A stretch of DNA of 64,000 bases from Chiloscyllium plagiosum (taxonomy: Eukaryota), in NCBI RefSeq assembly GCF_004010195.1, contig NC_057733.1, forward strand, positions 39,312,668 through 39,376,667. The letters run 5' to 3'. A program made the position numbers and the translations under genes. Positions 51,741-62,730 of this stretch are shown in pieces. How positions within the stretch are numbered: the stretch's first letter is position 1; each line of letters opens with the position of its first letter. Under the pieces are notes generated by a model, which was not told the DNA's origin, searched no databases, and saw only the letters and a program-made list of their open reading frames with translations.

Positions 51741-53463
51741 TTTTGTAGATAACAGTAAGAGGATTCTTATCATCTGAGAGCCCTTCATCCTTATGATTTA
51801 GTGAATCAAACAATAGTTTAAAATTCAACCAAAGTACAAAGTACTTGTGTAGTTTAAAATATACCTTCTACAATTTTGAAGCAAATCAAGATTCTGGGGT
51901 TCCAACAAAAGGATGATTTTTGAGGTGAAATACTTCATTTCACTGTACATCTATTTTAATTTTATTCAGAGGTTCCTCATGAACAATGACAGTCAGCACA
52001 GTAGCAGCAACAGACTAACCTGTTACCACAGCAATGGTATTGGCTCAGTAATAAACAAGATGGCAGCAAGTTGATTTTTCTCAATTTCTTTTGATACATT
52101 TCAAGTGGTGCAATCGGCTTTCAGCTGCACTTTCAAAGCACTTTGAAAAAAAATTGCAAGGATTCCAGCTGACAAGCATTTTTTTGATATTGACCTTCTT
52201 TGGAAGTAGAGTTCTTTTGTTTGCAATTATACCACATTATTTTAATTGTGTGTTTTAACCTTGCAGTATTGATCAGGAGGCTATTTTGATTCTTTCCCCA
52301 TCAGTTTTGTCAGTGTTCCCCTCAAGGCATTTGATACTTGTTAGAAATAGTTACATGGATGATAATTATCTTCTGTTGGCTTACTCTGGAGGCCAGTATA
52401 AGAAATGCTGGTAAGCATTTACAGGCTAATTTGACAACAATAACTTTGGAATTTATCCTGATCACTGCTTCATTAAACATTCCCACAAATGTACTTTTAA
52501 ATGAACAGGGTTGCTGGTTCCAACCAACAGTGGGAACCTTGGTCACTTTTATTCTTGCTGACCCAGGATTACTAAGGCTAATTGGACCATTCCAATCACT
52601 GCACTGTGGTGGTTAGCTGGGGATCATAGACTGAAACATTTCTGGGCGTTATATCTCAACAACTCTCTGAATAAATCCACATAGCCATCTGGTAAGCTGA
52701 TTTTCCAGATGTAATCTGTTCCTGAATGGATTTAGTACACAATATTTGCGATAAGAGTTGTATGGTTGCAATGGCCAGTACATTTGATTTGCTTTTCTAA
52801 CAATTGTGTCAGCTACTTCACCAGTGTAATATCCTGACAAGAAAGCTCAGATAATTAGACTCCGGCTGCTGTGAACCTCTGTTTGAAGTTTGTTCATGTT
52901 TATTGTTGGGCTGAATATTTAAAATAAATCATGTTGATGCTTTATTGAACTGCATCTGTTACATGTGTTCTTCATTCAAAGAATGCAATACAGCTGTGAA
53001 ATGACATTGATTACACAAAGAAGCAAAAAAAGGTCGAGTAAACGTAAATACCATGTTAGGTTAATACCATCCTGTAGTCATTTTGTTCAAACCTGTGGAG
53101 TTTAATGTTAGTGAAAGGGTTAATCTGACAGAATCTGTCTTAAATGGTTGATTAGACTAAGCTGAGGGCTTCAGAATCCATGGTACACCAGTTTAAATCT
53201 CCTCTGTATCAGGATTATAGGGGTACAGATGAGAGCATGCTTATTCTATTCATCGCGCCAATGACCGCACGTAGTTTTGAAAGGACCAAGAACGCTTACT
53301 GAATTTAGAATTTCACTTACTCTAAAGTCTCTTATAGCATGAGTGAGCCTAAGATATTTCTCATTATATTTCATGATCTAAATGCTTTAACTTCAGATGT
53401 CACTGTTGCAAAATTCTGATCACAGCACTACAATTCAAGTAAGAAACCCCACTAGTTATTTTC

Positions 53464-55366
53464 AGACAATAGACAATAGACAATAGACAATAGGTGCAGG
53501 AGTAGGCCATTCTGCCCTTCGAGCCTGCAGCACCATTCAATATGATCATGGCTGATCATCCTTAATCAGTATCCTGTTCCTGCCTTATCTCCATAACCCT
53601 TGATTCCACTATCCTTGAGAGCTCTATCCAACTATTTCTTAAATTAATCCAGAGACTTGGCCTCCACAGCCCTCTGGGGAAGAGCATTCCACACAGCCAC
53701 CACTCTCTGGGTGAAGAAGTTTCTCCTCATCTCTGTCCTAAATGGTCTACTCTGTACTTTTAAGCTGTGACCTCTGGTTCGGCACTCACTCATCAGCGGA
53801 AACATATTTCCTGCCTCCAGAGTGTCCAAACCTTTAATAATCTTATATGTCTCAATCAAATCCCCTCTCAGTCTTCCAAACTCAAGGGTATACAAGCCCC
53901 GTCGCTCCAGTCTTTTAGTGTAAGGTAATCCCGCCATTCCAGGAATTGACCTCGTGTATCTACGCTGCACTCCCTCAATAGCCAGAATGTCTTTCCTCAA
54001 ATTTGGAGACCAGAACTGCACACAGTACTCCAGGTGCGGTCTCACCAGGGCCCTGTACAGCTGCAGAAGCACCTCTTTGCTTCTATACTCAATCCCTCTT
54101 GTTATGAAGGCCAGCATGCTATTAGCCTTCTTCACTACCTGCTGTACCCACATGCCTACCTTCATTGACTGGTGTACAAGAACACCCAGATCTCTCTGTA
54201 CTGCCCCTTTGCCTAAATTGATTCAATTTAGGTAGTAATCTGCCTTCCTGTTCTTGCCACCAAAGTGGATAACCACACATTTATCCACATTAAACTGCAT
54301 CTGCCATGCACTCACCTAACCTGTCCAGGTCACCCTGTAATCTCCTAACATCCTCATCACATTTCACCCTGCCACCCAGCTTTGTATCATAAGCAAATTT
54401 GACCTCCTATGTCGGACTTTATCAAAAGCTTTCTGAATGTCCAGGTACACTACATCTACTGGATCTCCCTCGTCCATCTTCAGAGTTACATCCTCAAAAA
54501 ATTCCAGAAGATTAGTCAAGCATGATTTCCCCTTCATAAATCCATGCTGACTCTGACCTATCCTGTTACTACTATCCAGATGTGTCATACTTTCATCCTT
54601 TATAATAGACTCCAGCATCTTTCCCACCACTGAGATCAGACTAACTGGTCTATAATTTCCTGCTCTCTCTCTCCCACCTTCTTAAAAAGTGGCATAACAT
54701 TAGCCACCCTCCAATCCACAGGAACTGATCCCGAATCTATTAAACTCTGGAAAATAATCACCAACATATCCACGATTTCTCGAGCCACCTCCTTCAGAAC
54801 CCTGGGATGTAGACCATCAGGCCCCGGGGACTTATCAACCTTCAGACCTAACAGTCTCTCCAACACCAATTCCTGGCAATTATAAATTCCCTTAAATTCA
54901 GGTCCTTCAGGCACTGTTACCTCAGGGAGATTGCTTGTGTCTTCCCCAGTGAACACAGATCTGAAGTACCAATTCAATTCTTCTGCCATTTTTTTGTTCC
55001 CCGTAATATATTCCCCTGTTTCTGTCTTCAAGGGCCCAATTTTAGTCTTCACCATTTTTTTGCTTTTCACATACCTAAAAAAGCTTTTACTATCCTCCTT
55101 TATATTATTGGCCAGTTTACCTTTGTACCTCATTTTTTCTCTGTGTATTTCCTTCTTAGTAATCCTCTGTTGTTCTTTAAAAGCTTCCCAGTTCTTCGTT
55201 TTCCCACTTACCTTTGCTATGTTATACTTTTTCTCTTTTAACTTTATATGTTTCTTAACTTTCCTCGTCAGCCATGGCCACCCCTGCCTCCTCCTAGGAT
55301 CTTTCTTCCTTTTTGGAATGAACTGATCCTGCAACTTTTGCATTATACACAGAAATATCCGCCATT
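53464..55366 (-). mobile_element. CR1 LINE, (agacaat)n-tail subfamily, with internal RT deletion
   Basis: ORFs 54636-55343 (KSPGPDGLHPRVLKE), 54364-54630 (QHGFMKGKSCLTNLLEFFE, KAFDKV), 53644-54165; KAFDKV region jumps straight to KFAYDTK at ~54402. Confidence 0.95.
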
Positions 55367-56548
55367 GTTCAAAATGGAAAATTGCTTTTTCATAGGAAAG
55401 CAGTTAATCATTTTACAGTTTGTGTGTTTAAGAAGGAAGATCATTGTGGTATCGCAAAGTATAATATTGGATACATTGTTTTTAAATAAAACTGATATCA
55501 TTCTGACTCACATTTGTCCAGTGCTTATAAAAATAAACCACTGGTTGTGTCCGATCAGAAATAATTGGTTTGGGTGTATGTCGCTCTGTAATTCTACTAC
55601 TTTCCACACCTGTTATGTAAAAGAGAACAACACCACATTCATTTTTTCCTTCTTGCTTCAGAGTAAGATATTTCACCCATCTCACATATTTCACACTGAC
55701 ATCAAAAGATGCATATCTTGCCACAACCAAACCAACCCGCGAAATAGAATGGTTATATTTTAAAACATACAGAACACTTTTTGATCACACATGTGTCATT
55801 GCTAAAGCTCTGATTCCTGTAAACACACAAAGTCATGTATGAGTATTGTGTATACACCTCAAAAGTCTTTTTCTCCCCCTTGAAATAAAAACAGTTTATA
55901 TCTTGTCCTCTCCCCAAAAATATTAAAACCATACTGGTAAAAGGGTAAAATCGGATCACTTTGATCAACCAGTTTGGCATTGCACGACAGCAAATCATTA
56001 AAGTAGGACCACTGTTGTTTTGAGTGAGGCATGCAGCCATGATGCCAAACAAAGAGAAGCAAAGAGGAGTTATAAGCATAGACTGGAGACAATATAAAGA
56101 GGTGTCCTAAAGTCTTCTGTGACCACATAAAAAGCAAAAGCATAGTAAAAAGAAGAATAGGGCCAATTAGAGACCAAAATGAGAATTTACATCTGGAGGC
56201 AAGGCTGACGTTTAAAGGAATATTTTTCATCTTTCTCTAAGGAAGAAAGATATGCGATCCAGGATTTTGTGACAGAGGAAGGAACTCAATCAGTAGAATG
56301 GTTCAACAATGGCAGGCAGAAGAGTTGGGTAGACAGTTAGTACCTAAACATGATAAGGCACCAGTAACAGATGAGATACACCCAAGAAGGTGAAAGTGGA
56401 GATTGTAAAGGCACTGGCCACAATCTTTCAGTCTTCCCAAGACTTAGTTGAGGTGCAAGTAGGTTAGAAAACTGCAAACATTAAAGCTTTATTCAAGAAA
56501 TATTGTAAGGATAAGCTTGACAATTACAGGCCATTCAGTTTAACTTCA

Positions 56549-56780
56549 ATAAAACCAAAAGAAGTGTGGATGTTGTAAATCAGAAACGAAAATAGAAATT
56601 GCTGGAAAAGTTTAACAGTAGCTGTGAAGAGAAATCAGTTATCATTTTGGGTCCAATGACCCTTCCTCAGAAGCATGAGGAACTCTGAGAAAGGGTCACT
56701 GAACCCAAAATGCTAACTCTGATTTCTCTTCACAAGTGCTGCCGGACATGCTGAGCTTTTCCAGCAATTTCTGTTTTTGC
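56549..56780. mobile_element. Fold-back PLE-derived element with two degenerate hammerheads and perfect 15-bp TSD
   Basis: TSD ttcagtttaacttca at 56534-56548 and 56781-56795; ttttgggtccaatgacccttcctcag / ctgagaaagggtcactgaacccaaaa inverted. Confidence 0.85.
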
Positions 56781-57789
56781 TTCAGTTTAACTTCAGTGTT
56801 GGGGAAGCCCCAGGGATAATTATTCAGGAGAGAATTAGTAGCTAAAACAGAAAAAACTGTGGATTGATTAGGAAGTGACAGTGTGGGCATCTAAATGGGT
56901 TATCATGTTTGGCTAACTTGCTGGAGTTCTTTGAAGAAGTAACAAAAAGGCTTGGCGAGGGTAACAATGATCTGATGCACATGAACGTCCAAAGGTCTTT
57001 GATACACTGTCACACAACAGACTTGTGAGGCAAGTTATAAGTCATGGAATAAAAAGGTCAGTACCAACATGGATTCAAATTATCTGACTGATAGGAAACA
57101 GACTGTGATGGTCAATGGACATTTTTTTGTGTTGGAGGTACAGTTGTAATGGAGTTTCCCTGTGTTTGGTACTGGGGCCCTCACTTTTCCTGATGTATGT
57201 TAATGATCCAGATTTTGGTCTGCAGGGGTTATAATGAATATTTGTAGAAGACACAAAATTCAGAAGCATTGTAATCTAATCAGAGGACAGCATACAGCTG
57301 CAGAAAGTCATCGACATGTTGGTGGAGTGGGCAGACTGATGACGGATGAGTATCAATGCAGAGAAGTGTGTGGTGATGAGGTAGGAAAGACATTATAAAA
57401 TAGGTGGTACAATTCTAAGGTGGGGGGGGGGTGTGTAGGAGCAGGCAGGTCTAGATGTAGTTCATTTGAAAGTGATTGGGCAGGTACAGAAAGCAGTGAC
57501 TAAAGTATACAGTATCCTCAACATTATCAATAGGAGCAGAGAATATAAGAGCATGGAAATAATGTTGAACTTGTAAAAGGCATTTACTAGACCTCAGTTG
57601 GAGCATTATGTGCACGCACCACATTATATGAAAAAATGTAAATGTATCGGTGAGAGAGCAGAAGCAGTTCACAAGAATGGTTCCATGAGTAAGAAACTTC
57701 AGTTATGAAGATAAATCAAAGAAGTTGCGATGGTTCTCCTTAGAGTGAAGAAGGCTAAGAAGAGATCTGATATACATGTTCAAAATTAT

Positions 57790-58035
57790 AGTTGAAAAAT
57801 ATGGTGCTGGAAATGCCTCTTGAATGCCTCAGTTGAATCTGCCCTCACTAGTTCAGGTAGCATTTGAGGAGCAGTAGAGTTGTCATTTTGGGCATAAACT
57901 CTTCATCAGGAATGGCTTATGCCTGAAACATTGATTCTCCTGCTCCTAAAATGCTGCCTGACCTGCTGTCCTTTTCCAGCACCACAGTCTCGACTCGGAC
58001 TCTCTGGCGTCTGCAGTCCCCACTTTCTCCCAGTT
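57790..58035. mobile_element. Fold-back PLE-derived element with ~11-bp TSD and an internal foreign patch
   Basis: TSD ttcaaaatYat at 57779-57789 and 58036-58046; same family as the 14296 element. Confidence 0.8.
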
Positions 58036-58419
58036 TTCAAAATCATGACTGAGCTGGATAGAGTAAATAGGAAGAAACTGTTCCCATTCGTTAAAGGAAC
58101 AGGAATAGGAGGGCATTGTGATCTGCAAAAGAAGCAAGGATAAAATGGGGAAAAACATTTTCACTCAGCAAGTAGCGTCTCCAATACACAGTCCAGAAAT
58201 TTAGTGAGGGCAGATTCAACTGAGGCTTTCAAGAGGGTATTGGGTGCTTATCGGAATAAAAATAATTTGCAAGGTTATGGGGGAAATACAAGAGATTGCT
58301 ACCAAAAGATGGTGCTCATTTAACAAGACGAAGTAGGTATGATGGGCCAAATGGCCTCCTTCGGCACCATAACAATTCTATGACACTGTGACTCTGTGAA
58401 AGTGACTTTCCAGTTCAGG

Positions 58420-58685
58420 GGAGTTAATGGTGTCGTAATTATGTCACTGGATTAGTAATCCAGAACCTCAAGGATGATGTTCTGAGGACATGAGTTCAAA
58501 TTCCCACATGGTAAATTGTGAAACTTGAATTCAATAAAATTCAGGACACGAAGCTAGTCTACCAGTGAAAATACAACTGTGGTTGTAAAAATCCATCTGG
58601 TTCACTAATGTCTTTTAAGAAATCTGCTAAACTTACCCAGTCTTTGACTCCAGATTCACAACAATGTGATTGATTCCTAACTCAA
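58420..58685 (+). mobile_element. tRNA-derived SINE, second family
   Basis: gtcactggattagtaatccaga head, gagttcaaattcc B box, catctggttcactaatgtc core. Confidence 0.8.
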
Positions 58686-61600
58686 CTCCATGCTATTTGA
58701 GCGGACACTCATACCCACAATAAAAAAAGACATCATAACGTGAAGTAGTTGGCTAACTATTATTGCACTTTTGCCAATAGAAGAACAAAGCTTGGCTAAT
58801 GTCCTTGCAGATGATGGTAGGGTCTCTTGAACACTTGGATAAGAGATTGTAAAGGTAAAAATGTGCATCTATGAATAATGCTAACTGAAAAAAAATTGCA
58901 GAGATATGTGATACTCAAAGCTGATCACGTGATACTTATTATCAGGCCTGAGTGAAGGATTCTGCTAGGCCAACTCTCCCAAGTCTAATTTCAGTTAAGC
59001 GGTATGAATCTATTCACCAATGATAAGCTCCTTACAAGTAGTCATTGAATCTGAAAAAATAATTTGATGGTCTGATTGTGTTGAAGGCTGTGTGAACAGC
59101 CAGCACTCATTTCAGTTTCCCTGCTATCCAACTGCAGTCGATTATAGACAGTTAGAAGCAGGCATTGTGCATCTATAAAGTGGTCGCTTATTTCTAAACC
59201 TGACAAGTGTCACTCATTAGGAATGCCATTTAATCAGTTTGGTTTTGTGGAAATTAATATGAATTCACACATTTAAATTAGTTTGCGTTCTGTGTTGTGC
59301 TGATTGATTTTAAATAATGCAGTTAGAATATTCCCAATAGCAAAAGCTCTGTATTTGCATCGGTCATAAGCACTTTTTTTTGGAAATGGGGTGATTGGTG
59401 GCAGTGGATATCCTTGTAAGATTTATTGTATTAACAATGATATCTTGATTCATTTTCCAGATTTGCAAAGGCAACCTTTATTTTCCTCAAAACAAAACAT
59501 TCATCTTTTCAAAGTCATGGAAGCAGTGATATCAGCAGACACCTTTAATCAGGATTACTAGATATAACATTTCTGTGCTACTTGAGACTTCAGATGTTGA
59601 TTGAGAGGTAGTTACACAAATTATAGTCAAACTGTCTTTTTCTAATGTCAAACATAAAATATTTTGTGAAGTTTATTTGCTTTTTGGCTTGTTTTACTGC
59701 TACCATTTCTTCCAAAGGGTCTGTTGGACTGTAATGTAATGTTCTATACCAGCATGGAATAGTCTTGGCCAAATTATGCAGTTAAACAGCTGTAAAACCC
59801 TCCCTCCCTCTCCTAACGCTACTGATTTCTGTCAGTGAGTGGCCATAGTTGACCATGCTTGCAGCTCAAGGGACTATCAGTATGGCTTCATGTTTTGGTA
59901 TTCTAGACTGAGAATAATACTTGTGTCTGTTGTGCTATTTTATTCTCTCTGTAAAAGTACTGCATGCTTTGCAATTTGTGAGGCCCTGTACTTAACTGTA
60001 AAATGGATTTGAGTGATAAGCAGGCATTAGTGCTCAAAAATTAATCAATGGGTTGGAAAGCAGATGCTTCACTTCCTTTTGCACTCGGCAGTGATTGGTG
60101 GTTTGGTGTGCAAGGACTGTATTCTGTTTAAGTTTTGTGAGCAACCTTCTCGTCAGTGTTCCCTTTTTAGTGTCTCACCTCGGGGTATCTTCCATCTGGA
60201 ATGCAGATGTCATGGTTCAAGACTTTTAAATCAAATTGGTGTTTATTAGTGCAGTCTTATAATTAAGCCTATTTATGATGGACCAAAACATTGCCTCTGG
60301 AATACAGGAGTCTGTCAGTGGTCGTCCAGAATGGGTGTCTGGTCTTACAGCACACAGCAGATTTGTGAGGCCATAAAGATAATACTGGGTCAGGAAAAAG
60401 CTGTTGCAAATATCGACAACAAGTTTGAGCCTGTTGCTGATTTATAATGTCACAAGCATTAAAGCAGTCTGACAATCTAATGCTCAGTCCAACAATATGG
60501 ACACTTTGTTGTTTGTAGACTTTCTTAGCTTTTCCCATCCACAAGAACGATGAGTTCTACTGTATCAACAAAACTTTCCCCTACATCCATCAGCTTACGT
60601 TAAGAAGCAGTTTCCTGGCCACATTCCTTACTTCAGCAATGATGCTGAAGTGCGAAAATTAACCCACTTGTACAAGATGTTATCTGACAACTCACTATTA
60701 TCGTTACATTGGGCCAGTTATAGTTGTGGGGTACTTAAGGATATGACCATTAATTCACAGTCTTTCTGGCAGAGGGAGGAGTAATGCGGCCATACTTCTG
60801 TTACGGATTTCAGTTGTATGTGTATTCTGATGTATTTCTGTTCTGGAAAGTACACAACTTTGATTGCTCAACAATGGCTCCTGCAGTGGAATAGTTTGCC
60901 ATAGCATTCATCGCCAAGGAGTGAATATCTGGTCCATGTGGCATTGAACGCCAGCAGAATTCAGCACTAATAAGAAAGCAAAAGAGAAAAGTTGGGTTGA
61001 TGGGAATGGAGGGGTGGGGGGAGGGGTGTGGAGTTTTGGGGTGCAGGTGATGTTAAAGAACACCTCAAGTTGTTGCAAATACTTTCCTGTTCTGACGGAG
61101 TGAATAAATCCAAAGCAAGTGAGACACTGGCTTTTTATGCATGTCTTTCAGATACATTACTGTTGCCCTCCAACCCCCACTACCACGTAACAGCTACCAC
61201 TCCCCACCCACCATGCAGGGACTGTTTGTTTCCCACATGCAGTAAAAAAAAAGTGAGAGGAAGCAACATTGTCACATCCTTTACAAACTAATTCTGCAGA
61301 TTCATCAGTGTCAAGAAGGCTTGGCACAATGTTGTGGCACTTTGTACAAAATATGATGCTGGCAGGAGGCTTTGTCTTCCTCTGTGACTGGGAAATAATA
61401 GGGACCAAACAGCATACTGGTAACGTAGCTACTGCATTGCACTGTGCTGGGCTTTTGTGAGGGTAGCTTTTTGACATTTCATTCAGAAATTTGGAAGGAT
61501 TAAATATAAATCTGCCCAAAAGAAGTCATTGTATTGTAAACAGGGGGCCGGAGTGGTGGGATGTTGCGGGGGAGGAGGATGCTGGGCAAGTTGCTGACAA

Positions 61601-62657
61601 CTTTATGGGGTTGCCTCCGGTCACAACTATTAGCATGTGATCAATGCAGCTAAGATTTCACACACAGAACTAAGTGACCTCTCCACCACTTGAATTCAGT
61701 ACATTTCTATAGCTGTGAATGCCCAAGCTCCGCATATGGTGACATCATTTTCCCTGTGGCTGATTGGCTCCCCCATCCATGGGATGACATCATCCCTGCC
61801 CCCCTGTACTACCCTTCCCATAGGATGCTGGTTGCTGTGCAGACAGCTAGTGCCCAAACTCACATCCATGGCAAGCCAGCTTATTCTTGTCATTTTATTT
61901 CCCACAGCAAATAAAGCAAAGTACAGCTGAATTCACAAAGGTGAAGTATGTTGTCAAACCTCATTCTAAACTCTTTGAGACAGTAAGGCAAGTCAGCAGG
62001 TGCCAAACAATCCTCACAGTCCTATATCCTTTAAAATATACTTCAGTAAGTCTCATCTTAGCTTCATTCCATTTAAAATACTTTTGTCATGTTTGTTTCC
62101 ATATAACAAACTATGGTTCTTTCACTTCCATTGTGCCATCCACAAATAATTTGAAGTATTTGCTTACAAAAGGGTAAGGTTTATTACAGGGGCATTGGAA
62201 AAATGGCAATCTTAGAAAATACTAGATTAAATATATCCACCTCTGGCCAACTAAAATACAACTGGAGGCAATAAATGATAAACATATTATTAATGAGAAA
62301 AAACATTTCAAATTGTTTATAATTATTCAATAGTTGTAACACTCTAAGCACTTCAAGAATGTAGTATAAATTGATGTTTTTGCTGTCACATATTAATTAG
62401 GGCTGCTAGACTCGTCATTCCAAGTGGAATTTTCCTTAACGTGCTAATCTCTGGAATTCTATCCTGAAAGCTTTCTGCTATTACTTCTCTTATTTTTCCG
62501 CCTCCGTAACATATTCGGTAATTGTCTTTTGTAAAGCCTCAGTTTCCACTTGGCATCCATGAAATATGTATGGATACTTTTCCACGTTGTCAGTACTTTA
62601 AGGATACAAGCCATCAAATGTAGCCTTTTTCTCAGAAGTGCGAAGCTGTGCACTTAC

Positions 62658-62730
62658 CTCGGCATGGTTTGAGGAGTTTGGTCTGGTCAGGTGATGAATT
62701 TAGATGACGAATGACTCTGAATTCAGAAAG
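62658..62730 (-). other. Candidate 73-nt host exon, gene not identified
   Basis: Minus strand: acceptor actccaatcctcAG, donor GAG|GTAAGT; one open frame LSEFRVIRHLNSSPDQTKLLKPCR, or a 5' UTR exon ending aaaccATGCCGAG. Confidence 0.35.

Larger units (their letters stand above)
56030..58400 (+). mobile_element. Old CR1 LINE carrying two PLE-derived insertions
   Basis: agaatagggccaattagagaccaa (RIGPIRDQ), tcatgtttggctaacttgctggagttctttgaag (SCLANLLEFFE), gatgggccaaatggcctcct tail. Confidence 0.85.

Noticed and set aside
35500-53492. Short tandem repeats (acataga)n, (catagaaa)n, (agacaat)n as arrays or CRISPR
   Set aside because: They are CR1 3' microsatellite tails with no spacers, and the sequence is eukaryotic
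476-55343. Long ORFs with RT-like peptides as functional genes
   Set aside because: All are truncated or frameshifted CR1 ORF2 pieces; none spans a complete endonuclease plus RT, and their antisense ORFs are shadows
55248-56230. 171-, 108- and 123-aa ORFs
   Set aside because: Partly antisense CR1, otherwise AT-rich chance frames with no motif
14296-58035. Fold-back elements as MITEs of DNA transposons
   Set aside because: Asymmetric arms, variable 10-16 bp TSDs, hammerhead motifs and, for one family, identity with the pLTR of the GIY-YIG element favour a Penelope origin
62459-62653. Basic 64-aa minus-strand ORF
   Set aside because: Its GTG start overlaps the splice-donor motif and it is more likely intronic; no family recognised
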